NCBI GenBank assembly: GCA_951406725.2
Contig: OX597816.1
Location: 85,188,001 to 85,252,000 of the forward strand
Direction of reading: 5' to 3'
Source of the DNA: Octopus vulgaris
Taxonomy: Eukaryota
Length of the DNA stretch: 64,000 nt
Below the pieces are notes generated by a model, which saw only the letters and a program-made list of their open reading frames with translations, made no database searches and was not told where the DNA came from. The position numbers were made by a program, and so were the translations under genes. Shown here in pieces: positions 13,031 to 27,867 of this stretch. Position 1 is the first letter of the stretch. Every line of letters starts with the position of its first letter.

Positions 13031-13756
13031 TATTAACGATAACAGTAGGAAAACCATGAACATATGGGAGTGAAATAAAAGTAAATTATTTCAGGCATTA
13101 CTATATACTTATAGTAGACATATGTCTGCAAATGTTATGTTAAATTGTTTTTTATGAAACCTTCATGTGACAGCATAATCTCGATTCTGTTTTAAGTTTT
13201 TTTGTAAGGAATGAAGCATATCATTCTTCGAGAGTCATAGTAACAATAGTTCCATCTTCGGGTAGTCATCTACAATTAATATTCAGCTCAATAGTAGGTT
13301 AGCATAACTTTAAGGATAAAAGAGAACAGTATTCCGCTTGTGCCTCTGGAGATGTACAAACGTAGAAAACCCGATTTTTTCTCGCGATCTGTAACATTAC
13401 ATGAATAACAAGTTCGATTTTTGCAAAGAAGATTAAATAGAGACAACACCGGAGGAATAAGTTTTTAACAAAGATGGTGTTTACGTAACGACTTAACTTT
13501 CCGGATATTAGATATTCATCAAAAGAAAGACTAAAGCAGAGGTTGAGTATGCAAAAGGAATTGTTAAAAAGAGGGAAAGATAAAAAGAATGAGAAGGAAA
13601 AAGAAAACTTGTGAGTTCTGTGAGAATACGCGTGTGTGAGTGTTAGTGTGTGTGTGTGTGAGTGAGTGTGAGTTTGCTTGTGTGTGTGGATACACATATG
13701 CCCATACAGGCATTCATTCACACACACCCTGCCATACGCGTACATAGGCACAAACA

Positions 13757-14700
13757 TACTGGGTTCTCATAAACTATTTAACTTTTTCCATTAAATTTAA
13801 TTGTGATTTTTCTTGAAAATTTTTAGCAAATCATTGAATAACCTATTCTCCTTCTGCGTTCTCGAACCTCTTGTCAACCTTCCACCAGCTTACTAAATGT
13901 CTTGATGAAAGGAATCTCCGACAATTGAAACAAAGAAATCATCGAACTCCATTTTCAGCTCCAGCTGGTTGTTGAAAGTAATGCCTCACACACTGTTTGA
14001 AAGCGACCGGAAAATGTAATAAACCTCAGAAACTATACCAGGTGAAAACGTCATAAGCAGTAAAACCCACCGATCGAACACTTGAATATCAGTTTTGATC
14101 AAATAGTCATGTGTATCAATTGTTGTCATGCTGCGGAAGCACGCCTGTCGGCGGATGGGCCGTTACCATCGAATTTCCTCCTTAAGTCGGTGCATTTGCT
14201 GAACTTAAACTTCTGTATTGACCGTGTGGTTGTCAAGTGTGCAAACTGGCGTTGATAGAAGAGCGCTGAAAATTGTCTTTGTTCGGAGCATGTGGAATCC
14301 ATGAACCACGCTTTTTAGATCTAAACCATCGATGGAGGGTGACAAGCGGAAATGTCATAAAAGAAACCAATCTGGTAGGCCATTTCCTTAGAAAATTTGC
14401 TTGGTTTCTGGTAGATCTAACACATCCCCGTTATCTGAATGTGTGAACCGGGAAGCAGGGAATATTTAAGGTGGAATTTCCCCGCCTTGTATTTTCAAAA
14501 CCATCTCTATGTAGGACTTTGGGTAATAGCATCATCTCTATACGCAAAAAAAAAAAAAAAAAAAAATGTCTGGAGCGGCTTTGGCATCTATGAAAATTTA
14601 CTGAAAACGAAGAGAGGCAGGTGGTCGAAAATGCTCATTTTTTTTCTTGTTGGCACTCAAGTCTTATATATTTGAAAAGTGACAAAATATATTTTAAGAA
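13757..14700 (-). mobile_element. mariner transposase relic
   Basis: Minus translation FSPGIVSEVYYIFRSLSNSV*GITFNNQLELKMEFDDFFVS (~14050-13925) resembles YSPDLAPSDYHLFRSL...F.N...L..FF.S. Boundaries approximate. Confidence 0.65.
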
Positions 14701-16181
14701 CGATAAAGAAATGGTTATCAGGAATTATAGCGCTACAGAATGCTGTGAAAAATACAGATTAATATAATATTTTAAAGTGGCGAAGGCGTTTATATATATA
14801 TATATATACATCTATGTATATATGTATGTGTGTGTGCGTGTGTGCGCACGCGCGTGTGTGTGTCCGCTCATTTTTCTTTATATACGTCTATATACATCTA
14901 TATATGTATTAATCCTTAAATTCTTCTTTGTTCTGACACTATTCTGATAATTTCGTTCTGATAACTTACGAATGGTAACAGGATCAATTTAAATATTTTT
15001 ATTCCATGAATTTGTTAAATATGTTGAATAAGTTCAACTGTCTTTTATGTTTGAAGATCATGAATTCATCTGCCGAAAATGGTTTCTTTGCAATTATGTA
15101 ATTTTCTCAGTAATCGATTAAAGGAGTCCTTAGAAACGGCTGTAATAAATTCACACCTGTAACTCTTTGTCACTTATATTTTATTCACCTTTCCAGGAAT
15201 CTATGCTTCGTGAATATTATAGACAGTATTTTTGATATAACGTGCATGTCTGAATAGCTAAGATCGGATGTCTTCACTCATCTGGGTCTTATTATCTGCA
15301 TACACTGCAAGAATATCATGTAGCCGGCACTTATTCATGAAGTCTGATATTCACTCAATATTATTGAGTATAATACTCAGACCTAACAACGTGCCTCAAT
15401 TTAAGTAACTGATTCAACTGAAACTTAATTGTATTCACACACACACACGCACGCACGCACACACACACATACACTCACACACGCACGCACATACATGTAT
15501 ATATGTGTGTGTGCGTATGTTTATGAGTGTGTGTGTGTGTGTACAACCAACATAGCAAGAATTTTTGTACGGCTTCTTTTTTCTCTTTTCTCCCCCTTTC
15601 ATTTACTCTCTAACCAATTTAGCGCAGTATTTTTCTTTCTTTCTGCCCCCACCCAATGCTATTTCTTTCATCCTCACTACCACATGACCCGTGACCATTC
15701 CCATTTCGCTCTCCAACTTTGTTCTTTCTTTTGACCTCTGATTTGCTGCGTCACACTTCTCCCAGCCTCCCACATCATCCTTTACCTTCAACGACTAGTT
15801 CGTTGTTTTTTTACCTTCGTTCTGTTTTTTCATCTCTTCACTTTCCGTTTCCAACCTTATAGGACGTTTTCTATTGCTTTAATTATACACACATTTTGGC
15901 TTGTCTTAACGCCTCACGGTCTGTATTTTACTTGTAAAACATATCATTTATTTGTTCGTAAACTTACATTTATAGTTGGGTCGCATTTGTTTACGTCGCT
16001 GTCATCAATGTTCACCCATTATTGCCAGCAGCCATTCACCATTGATGCGACCAAAAATGTTAGTCATGAAACTGTAGTGAATCTTTTGGAGGATAACTGA
16101 CGACCAAAGAGCATATCCATATTTTGTGTGTGAAATTTCCTTTGGTTCTTTTGTTGTGCTTCTGATTAATTTTTGAAACTG

Positions 16182-16279
<98 letters not shown>

Positions 16280-16299
16280 ATATATATATATATATATAT

Positions 16300-16735
<436 letters not shown>

Positions 16736-16737
16736 AA

Positions 16738-17550
16738 ATGGAGTTAAACACAGGTGTTATTCAAATTCTTTTACTTCCGACATATGTTTCGAAGACAACA
16801 TTTGTATTATTCCAAAGGAATAAAATTGTAGAACAATTTAATCTTCTCATCAGGGAAAGAAAAAAAGAAACCAAACTCATCAATAACACATTCTAACAGA
16901 ATGTGATGGCTGTGTATAATGATGAACGGAACGCTATTAAATTGTTTTTTTAAAAACCATTAAAAGCTACAACGTCAAAGGTAGCCTATATAAAGAGAGG
17001 GAGTAAAGTAAATAAATAAGCAGAAAACTAATAAAGGAGAAATATAGAGCGATATGGGAATTAAAATAAAATCTTAACGGCTTGAAAATAGATATATCTA
17101 GTGGAAATGAAATATAAGAAGGAAATCGATGTTCAAATTATATATAATGGGAGATAACACTTATATGAACTAAAGGCATGTTTTAGCCAATATTTACATC
17201 AATAAGCACACTCTATAAACGTATTTACAAGGAGAAGGGGATTCTTGGAAAACGGAAGAGAAAATAGTTCACTATTACAGGGTTGGCAGAATTCTTTGAT
17301 TTTATCGTATGGGAAGGAAATGGAGAGAATCAACCAATCTAAATTAAATTGTTAATTATGGTCTTTTAGATACGAAATTAATTTATCAAGCCCTGTACTG
17401 TTGCGTTTATTACTATACCTAAATGTAGAGTAATGATTAGAAATTCTTTTAGATAACTGAGATTAAGAACAACCTATATAAAAACAGACATAGGTACAGG
17501 AAGTAATTTTACACTAGTATATAGTGTTTTTAGTCTTAGAATTACTAGAC
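16738..17550 (-). mobile_element. Penelope-like element (Naiad-like GIY-YIG endonuclease pseudogene, 3' region with hammerhead)
   Basis: Minus translation KTKNTIY*CKITSCTYVCFYIGCS*SQLSKRISNHYSTFRYSNKRNSTGLDKLISYLKDHN*QFNLDWLILS...YDKIKEFCQPCNSE (17545-17165). Confidence 0.8.
16775..16857 (-). ncRNA. Minimal type-I hammerhead ribozyme with intact core
   Basis: Minus strand: TTCC-CTGATGA-GAAGA-(long loop)-TCTTC-GAAAC-ATAT-GTC-GGAA. Confidence 0.8.
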
Positions 17551-17579
17551 ATAGACTTAATTCTGTTCGAATTGACTTC

Positions 17580-18090
17580 AGAGACAATGGCTCGGATCAA
17601 TGGCACGGATTACATCATTGGCTCGGATTTCATCAATCGTCCATTGAAGCAGCCCAAATGTTGGTACGAGTACTAGGACTGCAAACACATTGTAGGTCAC
17701 TGTTTTATAGAATGCAGAGAGTTCTGAGGTCAAAAGTCTTTATTCGGCTGTAATATTCTTTAGTGACACGTGTTTTGTTACAGGTGCTGTAACCCCTATA
17801 TACTTGTGACATTCTTCGTCAGCTATAGAGTAAACAGTCAAATCATTGATGGAGATGTTACTAGTCTGGTTTATAGTTTTCCTCCTTTTCACAACCATAT
17901 AACAACATTTATCCTGACCTAACTCCAACTCTACATCCTTTGAGAAAGTTGTAACTAGATGAAGGTTCTTTCCATCTCATGCACATTCTATGCATAATGT
18001 TTTAAGTCATCCACAAAGAAACAGTGTATAATTTTGGTATTTCTGTTTATATGTGAACCAGTGAGATATCCTTCAGACTTCCTTAACATG
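17580..18090 (-). mobile_element. R4/Dong-type LINE reverse transcriptase fragment
   Basis: Minus translation FFVDDLKHYA...ELGQDKCCYMVVKR...HKYIGV...PTFGLLQWTIDEIRA. Confidence 0.85.
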
Positions 18091-19217
18091 AGTGACATGT
18101 ATGCATATATGTGTGAACGTACATATGTATGACGTGTGTTTATAAGGTTGTATTTTCAATAGAATTAGAAGAAAGATTTTTATTACTCCAGAATTACTTT
18201 GAAAGTATTTCAATTTTGCGTATGCAGTTTACTAGTTTCTTAAGAATATCATTTAAAACTTAAAATTATTAATAGATACATAATAAATCTATAAATTAAT
18301 TGCAAAATTATTGCGTTAAATTAAATTGTAATAACGAATATTTGCATTAGAACAAGACTAAAATAAATGCATAAAATGGTTTACATATCGAATGGGCATA
18401 TGGCGATCCTCTCTATTAAACGCATAGGTGAGACGTAAAACTTCGTGATTTTTCAATACATATGCAATAACTATGAGCATAACGATGATGATGATGATCA
18501 CATCATCATCATCATCATCATCATCGTCGTCATGATCACCACCATCATCATCATATTTTGTTCATAGTTTTGTTAAGCTTTCCATAGTATATTTGTGATT
18601 GCCTTTTGATTATTATTTTTGAATGCTCAACAATATATACATTAAACATCAGAATTTCAGCAGTAATCAAAATACATATCTGTATCTAATTACGGATTAA
18701 TTGTTTTTAAATACAAACAAATAATTTCCGATTAAAATTTCAATAATGAATATTTCTTTACTCCAGGAAAATAATTCCGTGTTATTAATATATTTGCATA
18801 ACTCGTTTTATAATTATTTAAAATAATTAAAACTATATATTTGGTTAATAGTAGATTATCTACAGTTTGTTTCTGATAATTTCTCACAAATGTATATACA
18901 GTTGTGTGTGCGCGTGCATGTGTGTGTGTGTGTGTGTGTATGTGTGTGTGTGCACGCTCGTTTGTGTGTGTGGTGTATATATTGCTATGTAGGTACGTGT
19001 TTGCTTTTCCGCCGTTTGTGCACTCAATAAACGTATTTTCCGTTCATCTATGCATTCATTATACGTTTTTAACTTTTCGTTTCTCCAAATTTACTATACA
19101 TGTGTTCAGATTTTAAGTAGCGGAATGCAACACATCCTAGTTTTTATTAACAGTATATATGATAGAACGCACGCATCCACTTCTAAGTTTTATCTATCTA
19201 TCTATCTATCTATCTAC

Positions 19218-19353
<136 letters not shown>

Positions 19354-19514
19354 ATGTGTGTATTTTCCCTTGTTTACAATTAACACGGAAAAAATAAATA
19401 AACATTTACCAGGGCAGCTAAAGAACACACAAGTAATAAGGACGTACTACCCTGTTTGTAATGGTAGAAACTCCGGGTTGATGTGAAATATTATGTATAA
19501 TATATATAAATAAA

Positions 19515-19627
19515 TAAATGGAGTTAAACGCAGGTGTTATTAAAATTCTTTTGCTTCCGACATATGTTTCGAAGACAACATTAGTATTATTCCAAAGTAA
19601 TATAATGGTATAAAACAATATAATCTT
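19515..19627 (-). mobile_element. Second copy of the Naiad-like PLE terminus, truncated inside the hammerhead
   Basis: Aligns with 16736-16846 (GAGTTAAAC.CAGGTGTTATT...TTCCGACATATGTTTCGAAGACAACA...) but stops just before TCATCAG. Confidence 0.9.
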
Positions 19628-21045
19628 TCAAAAACCCGAAAATTACTAACAGGCACACATAGTTTCTACATAAACTGTGATGTAGACCACCTCTTCCTTA
19701 TATGAAAACAAGGCGGCAGAGGCTTGATCCAAAATGCCTTTGAATGTCGCACCATATCCCTTCGGCAACATTTTCTAACCACCAAGTGTCGAAGTGAATC
19801 CCTCGACCAAGTTCGCACACATGAGGCTGATAACCTCATAAGACTTGGAAGGCAGTTCATTGAGCAACAATCTTTGACTGATAACATAGAATATGTGCCA
19901 AAAGAAGACGCATGACTCTACCGCAACTTATCATCAGATGAACGGTTGAGCCTGTATGAGCAGAAGACTATGCATGGATATGTTAGTAGAAAGCTCCGTG
20001 ATGATAGTAACATTGACCATCAAAGCAGTGTATCATGGGCCAATAGCAGAATAACTACCTCCCACTTTGAGAGTATGCGTTTGCAATCTAGGAAAGGAAA
20101 TATCAACCAAGTACCTGATGCACAAACGGGATAGAGATGCAGGAGAAGCCGTAATATGTGACCACCGATGCAGTATTTATGGAGTTCACACTGAAGATAT
20201 CACGCACATCATAAGCAGTTGACCGAAAATGTCATCACAGCATTATGAGGGATGATGATCTAGCTAGGAGACTCTATAATGAAATCCGTCGGAAAGATAA
20301 CCAGGAATACAAAGAAATAAGAACCTACAATATGGTAGAAGACATAACCATGAACACTAGTGGAATATCCCAGTGATGACCTCAATAAAATATAATCACA
20401 ACAGACCTGATGTAATGATTTGAGATAGAGAAGAGAAACTGTGCGCAGTTGTGGAAATTAACTGCGCAGCGGATGTTAACATAAAGCTGAAGATTAATGA
20501 AAATGAGAATACCAACGCTGAACTATTGGAGAAATCTGCAGTTACTCAATGCAGATTACGAGTTCAGGTTTATATCTGTAATTATTGGCGCCCTGAGATA
20601 TGTAACACACTGCCTAAATACAAATCTTGAGAAATTAGGCTCCACAGAACAAGAAAGGTGAAAGATAACTCGAAGACATTAGATCCAGTCCATCTCTAGA
20701 TCTGTAAAAATCTGTGCAATTTTCCAGAAGTTTATCATTTGAATATATATGAGCATGTATAGATATGCAACTTTATGCATGATATTACACACATAAAGCA
20801 AAACACATATACATACGTATAAACATAGATACATACATATATGCATACATACATACATACGTACGTACATACATACATACATACATACATACATACATAC
20901 ATACATACATACATACATACATACATACAAATAAAAATGCCCTGTTGTTGATGCTGAAATTCAAATGAAGGAGCTTTGGATCTAGGTTAGAAACGGGCTC
21001 TTTCATTATTGGCAATAGATCTTGAAATAAAATTGAACAATGACA
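19628..21045 (+). mobile_element. R4/Dong-type LINE 3' half (thumb, CCHC knuckle, restriction-like endonuclease, 3' UTR), pseudogenised
   Basis: KTRKLLT...DVDHLFLI*KQGGRGL; RCSIYGVHTEDITHIISS*PKM; HNRPDVMI*DREEKLCAVVEINCAADVN; VIIGAL. Confidence 0.9.
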
Positions 21046-23943
21046 TATATATACATACATATATACATTCATATCATGATGGATTCTCTTGTCGTGGACG
21101 ATAAATGAGCGTTCAGTAAAATAAGCTGTATATCATGTTTTATAGACACGCACGTGTCACTTGAGGCCTGCAGGTGCCTTGCAAACATTTCGGCAAATGA
21201 AATAATTTGAGGATTCAGTTTACTCGAGTAGTTAGGGATCATTTACTACACGTCATCGTGAGTGGACGCCTGGTTTGCACCGTGTCACAAAACCCACGAT
21301 GATAGGCAAGATTTTCATTCAGAAGTGTGGCGTTTTGCCAGCGTGCTTTTATGCTTCCACGAAGCGGGTTCCGATGTTGGAATCGATTTTGCTCAAATAT
21401 TTACGCCAAGAAGAAGCAGGACTGGCGCCAGGTTCTAAGTTCTGATGTTTTGTTTTCGCGGGAAGAAAATGGGATTTCTATAACTTCAGATTGTCTTTTA
21501 GTTTGTCTTTGTAGCGCGCACAAGAGTGGCGTTCCAAATGACCATCCTGTTAAGAATTAGTCAAATAAAGTCATTGCGCCAATGACCTCATTAACTTTGT
21601 TGATATAGACCAATAAAGATCTACTATTTCAAACTGGGTGAGCCTTCCCAACTTGCCGACTAGCGTGCATGTGCTGAGCAGTTTCTGATGCAACTGGCTG
21701 TTATTTTAATAGGACAATCGACAGTGCAGAAGTTCCTTAATTTTTATACGAAATTTCTCAGTTCAAATCAGGGTCTATTAAGATGCGACCGTTCTATTTG
21801 TCAACCGATCTGGACTCATAGTCTGTTAATACTGATTGCACATAATGGCTTTTGGGTGACCGTTAAATTCATAGTAAACTCATCACATACATGTCATTTT
21901 GTATCATTTGGATATTTCGAAATTATGAACATTTATTATGAGATACATGACTGTAACACTGTTGTGACCTATTGGTTAATTAAATCCGTACTGATATCCA
22001 TTGCCCAGTCAATTTCATTTGGATTAGCACCAAAATCGCCTGTTTATTTGCTTTTCTTTAAAAGCCTTACAATAAATCGAGCGATAATAAGATAGTAATG
22101 CAGCTTTTATGCCAGACTTCATGATAATTACAATAGCTTTTATGAGAATGTGATCTATAAGGTACATGACATATCTAGAGACATGTAAAGGGTATGGCAT
22201 GAACTGCATATCATTATTGTATATGAGACTCTTTAACGTGTGAATGATTCGTATAAGGACAAGGTGTAATTAAGATAAGGAATAAACTGTGAGTTTCGAT
22301 TGAAGAGAGGAATTGACCCCTGAATGAATGTGTTTCAGTTATGGTTGACTCCTCATGAGAAGCACTTCAAAACAAAGAGTAATTGGATGTTTAAGGATGC
22401 TTAAGAGACGAAGAGAAAGAGAAAGAGAAAAAGAGAAAGTGCAATTTCCCTCCTTCAATGATAATACAGTGTTTCCATAAATGATGTAACTTAGGATATA
22501 CTACATTCAAAATAAAATTAACAACATACACTAAGCGTCATATTACTTGTCAAAAGATTAGGATTATCTTACTAACAACCAAGATCGACCATTACCGCCT
22601 CAGGTTACTAATTGCTTCCAAATATAAATCTTACGTCAGATTATGCTACTATTGACAATTAACTAATATGATATAATTTTCATAGGAATCGTGGAGAACA
22701 TCTTAAGATGAGAGATAAGCACTTGATGGATCAATTAGGCAATTTATAGTGCATCAATTGCCCGTTGTGTATTTACCCGTTCGATCGCTAGACTATTTCA
22801 TGTAAGAACAACTCTGTAAATTGTCTCCATCTTGCTAGAAACAGCAAATTGAACTCTGTGGTCTCACAAATATATATATATATATATATATATTAGGTTA
22901 TGAAGTCATAAGTTAACTAATATTGTGTTACCAAACATGGAATATGTTGGATCATGAATCAGATTAAATATAGCTTAGCTGGAGCAATTTAAAAAGGACA
23001 GAAGTATTGATATATAAACTGCGGCTCTTGCAAAAATCTGACACCTAGGGAGCTGGCAGATTAGAATTGGAATACTTTACTATTTAGCTAAAGGAATTCA
23101 CTCACTAATCCATACTTATCCTAGAAATTCAGAGAATCTAGCTACAAAGATAAAATCATCACAGGATTGAGAAATGTCAAATTCTGGGGGAAAATAGGAC
23201 CGGTGCTTTAAATATTAAAGTGTTCCACCTGCATCTATTCAAGGAAAAATGAAAGTGAAGTTTAGTAAACATAAATCATTCTACGTCCATCCATTGTCAG
23301 AAACCGAAGCTGTTGTGCGATCAAAGATGCCTTGGATCTTGGGTTTATTACACGTCTACAGAGATATACATTAAAACAAAGGAGCAATAAGAAATATGAC
23401 AGCAGAGAGGCATCTGAAAGTCATAACCGGATGCGGTCCGATTCCTTAGACTTTAATGAGTTGAGAAACGAAATACTTCCATAAAGGCATATATTCTCTG
23501 AAGACCTACGGTAGTTCAGTTCCCGTTACAGTTTCTTATTACACGTACATGCAGGAATATATCTAAGGACGCTTTAACCATATCTAGAAATTCATTAGGA
23601 AAATCTTCCTGCAAAAATAAGAAATGGGATTACATGAATTTTGTTTCATTTATTAATGAGAGTAATACAATTGAAATTTGATTAAATATTCACTTTTATT
23701 TCCCCCATATAATCAAAGCATATACTGAAGAAAAATTATTTAAATAACATGAATAAAAATAAATGACGAAACATATTGCTTAAACGCTATATCGAGTAAA
23801 TGAATATTCTGTTAGATGATCAGTTGTGAATGATTCATTCAAATTTAAGTTGATTAAGAATTATCTAACAAATCATCTCATCATTTGTCCAACACACGCG
23901 CACACGAAAGCACTTATAGAGGGAACAATTCTGGGTAAAAATG

Positions 23944-23978
<35 letters not shown>

Positions 23979-24043
23979 TAGCGAAATTGCGGATGAAAAC
24001 AGGTGACTAACAACTAATATATTTTACGTACTGCTGCTATAAC

Positions 24044-24513
<470 letters not shown>

Positions 24514-24539
24514 GCAGCTGCTTGGTTGGAATGAGTAAC

Positions 24540-25990
24540 AGAATAAAAAATGATTGCTTTATACTTTGGAAAGATAGCATGGACAAATTCCCTGATTTCA
24601 AGATAATGCTCAACAATATCAATAGCAACATACAATTTACCATGAAACACAGCAATAAATAACTCCCTTTTCTTCACATCCTAACTGAAATAGTCAATAA
24701 CCACATCAAAACAAACATCTTCTATAAACCCACATATTCAAAGCAATACCTATTAGTGAACTCATGCCACCCAGAACACATGAAAATTAATATACCTTAT
24801 AATCTAGCGAAAAGAATCTGTACCTTAATTTTGGACACCAATGCTCGTGAGTGAAGACTCCTTGAACTCAGATCAATACTTGTCAAGAAACATTACCGAA
24901 CATCATTAATAAATTATGTGATTAACCGAGCAAAGGAAACAGATATACGAACATTAAGGGAAGTTAACCGCAATACTATACCAGACTAAAAAATACTCCC
25001 ATACATCTCCACACATAACTCTAGAAAGAATGAAGCCTTCAACATTACCATCCAAGATCTACCCATTCTCACAGGAGATAAAACTATGAACAAAATTTTA
25101 GGCTCACACAAAATTATCAAGAGCAAAACGCAACCTAAATCATTGAAAAAAATATAAACCAACGCAAGATTTTATCCATTAACTACGGAACCAAAAGTTG
25201 AAAAATGCGTTCGGCCTACCTGTGGCCCATGCCCCCATCTTTTGGACAGTACAGAGTTCCACTTTAAACAAGATGAAGCATTTAAGATTAAATCAAATTC
25301 ACCTGTACCTCGGAAAACCTAAACTATGCCATTACCTGCTAAGGGTGCGGTAATCAATATATTGGCCAAACAGGTATATCATTCTGTCGAGGAACCACTC
25401 TTCACAAAGAACGAATCCGCTACCCGCAATACAAAGAGATACAGGTCAGTGAACACATAGATAGGTGTTCTAGAAACCTTAATCCTGATTTCCTAATTTT
25501 TCCCTTCAATCAATGTTCACAGAACACCTCAGTACAGCAAAGAATGAATAAAGGAACAACTTTCCTCAATAAATATCATCCACAATATAATACAGAACAC
25601 AACAAACCTTACAAATAATGCCACTAACACCCATACGTTCTTTATGCCATTCATATTACAGTATTATATCGACCCTAAATGCACCACGTCCAGAACTACT
25701 TACCTCCCTTACACTATATTTTCACTCAGGGACTAGTAGACCCGACACCGTTTGATAATCGGTGCGCATTCAAACCGATCCCGGTTTGACTTTGAATCTC
25801 TTTAAGAATTCATAATAATAAATTAACTTCTATCTCAGTTCATCTAATTGTATTTATTTATCGCTACTTTTCGTAAAAAAACCTTTATTTTTTTAATATT
25901 CAATGTGAATTTACGCTTTTTTTCTCAATACTTTCCCCATATCTTTTTCATGTGTAGTTTCTATTTTCTTTTTGAAACATATTTCTATAA
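24540..25990 (+). mobile_element. Penelope-like element (Neptune-like): RT C-terminus, Cys-rich linker and GIY-YIG pseudogene; 5'-truncated
   Basis: [13 protein letters not shown]...[18 protein letters not shown]...TNIFYKPTYSKQYLLVNSCHPEHMKINIPYNLAKRICT; KCVRPTCGPCPH; FTCTSENLNYAITC*GCGNQYIGQTG. Flanked by (TA)n and (CA)n. Confidence 0.92.
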
Positions 25991-26004
25991 TATATATAAA
26001 TATC

Positions 26005-26083
<79 letters not shown>

Positions 26084-26939
26084 TATATATATATAGAGAG
26101 AGAGACATACATAAATAGGCACACACACATATAAATATAAATACACATGTATATATGTTTGTGTGAGTGTGTGAGTGCGAAAAGATGACAAAGGAATAAA
26201 GGATTTTATAATGAATCCCATTAGCTTACAGCTGTTTACAGTCCAAGATGCAGTGAACACACTGCTCAGGGCCTGAGTGGTACCTTACACAATTCCGTCA
26301 CAGTCTCAAACATGGAGTGCGATGTATACAGGGTGGAATGGGTAAATCGTCACCATTTTATATTTTTAATTTCACGTATGTATTGACAGGGAAAAAACTG
26401 GTAAGAAAAAAGAATGAGATGAATTTTGATAATAACACGAAGAGAGATTTGTGCTTGCAATAAATTTTGAAAGACACTTTTTCTCATACATGTGAATCCA
26501 AATACATATTTATGTATGTTTAACAAAGTGATTTCTACTAGTTTCGCGTGAGTGAGTGAAACATGTCTGATTGTTCAGATGTTTAGTTTCCTGCGATTTT
26601 CGATTTTCGAAAGTAACGTTGTTTGACGTTGAATGTAGGTATCGCTTGTTATATTTCAACTAAACTCCTTGAAGATTCCACTAAAATTCTTCCTTTACCT
26701 ATACTTATTGTAGTCTTACTAGAAAATGATACGCCACCCTATAAAACTATCTACAAAAATGTAAGGTGATATACGCTTGTTAGGGGTACATTCGTCTCAG
26801 ATATCGATTATAGTGTACTTTAGAATGGTTACTTCGCTTTCAGCAGAGACGGTTTTATTTCTAATTTAAATACAAAGTTATCTGGAATGAAAAACATTTG
26901 CCAACTTCTCTGTGGTAATATAACTGGCCCTAAAGTAAC

Positions 26940-27250
26940 TTGGTTTTGTTTGGATGTCAACTCAACCCTGTCAGACAAACTTAAGAGGAATGTTTTCTGT
27001 GTAAGAGTCGTGTCAGTGATTTTATATGGAGCCTAGCATGGACGCTTACTGAAAAGCTGGAATCCAAGCTAGATGGAACTAACACTCACAGTGTTAAACA
27101 TAACTCATCCCTCCAAGGGACAACTGTATAGAGATTTCCTACATGTTTCCACCAATATAAGGTAGAGACGCTTGCGTTTAACAAGATATTGTTGGTGCAC
27201 TAAACATGACCTGGCAAGTGACTTACTACTATAGATGCCAAAAATACATG
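26940..27250 (+). mobile_element. RTE-clade LINE fragment (post-RT region)
   Basis: LSDKLKRNVF...SVILYGA*-WTLTEKLESKLDGTNT...QLY...RRLRLTRYCWCTKHDLASDLLL*MP. Confidence 0.8.
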
Positions 27251-27801
27251 ATCATATAGTATATTGTAATATTAAGGAAATGCATACACTTATAAGAGAT
27301 TCAATTTGAACACATGTAAGTGCATTGTATCCCAGCCGAAACAACTGTAAGATAATGAAGTTCATTGCATAATTTTCTAATCTTTCGTCATTTATTTGAC
27401 TCCATATACGCATACATATATACATACATAAATGCATACATACATATATATGTGTATGTGTCTCTGTGTGTGTATGGCTATTCACATATTCGTAATACAA
27501 TTTTCACATACATCCTCACACACACACACGCACATATATGTATGATATATAATGTTTTAAACAATCAATTTCGTACATTTGATCATAGAAGATATTCGTA
27601 TCTTCAAGAATATAATAGACACAGCAAATATTTAACTCACATCACTTGTCAAGCCGTTTATAACTTGTATGCATAAAGACACGCAATTCTTATAAAATTG
27701 AGAATTCTGAATATGTTAATATTCATGCACACATGCGCACACACACAAAATACCGACAAACTCCCACACATGCGTATAGATGTACGTCTGTGTGATTGTG
27801 G

Positions 27802-27867
<66 letters not shown>

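Noticed and set aside
15040-15150. Hammerhead 3' half GAAACGGCTGTA (similar halves near 23530, 26230, 33330 and 43325)
   Set aside because: No convincing 5' core with helix II; at most decayed PLE ends.
16860-17210. Selenocysteine/SECIS system, as reported for some Naiad PLEs
   Set aside because: The in-frame TGA near the C-terminus is not at a conserved Cys, other stops show general decay, and the downstream hairpin lacks a clear SECIS core.
25748-25790. Second U3-A8 hammerhead (TTGATAA-TCGGT...ACCGA) downstream of the Neptune-like ORF
   Set aside because: The position is appropriate, but GAAA is absent and helix I is weak. Too decayed to call.
26327-26743. Tc1/mariner MITE with TA-CAGGGTGG...CCACCCTA-TA ends
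   Set aside because: Only 7-8 bp of inverted match, which could be chance.
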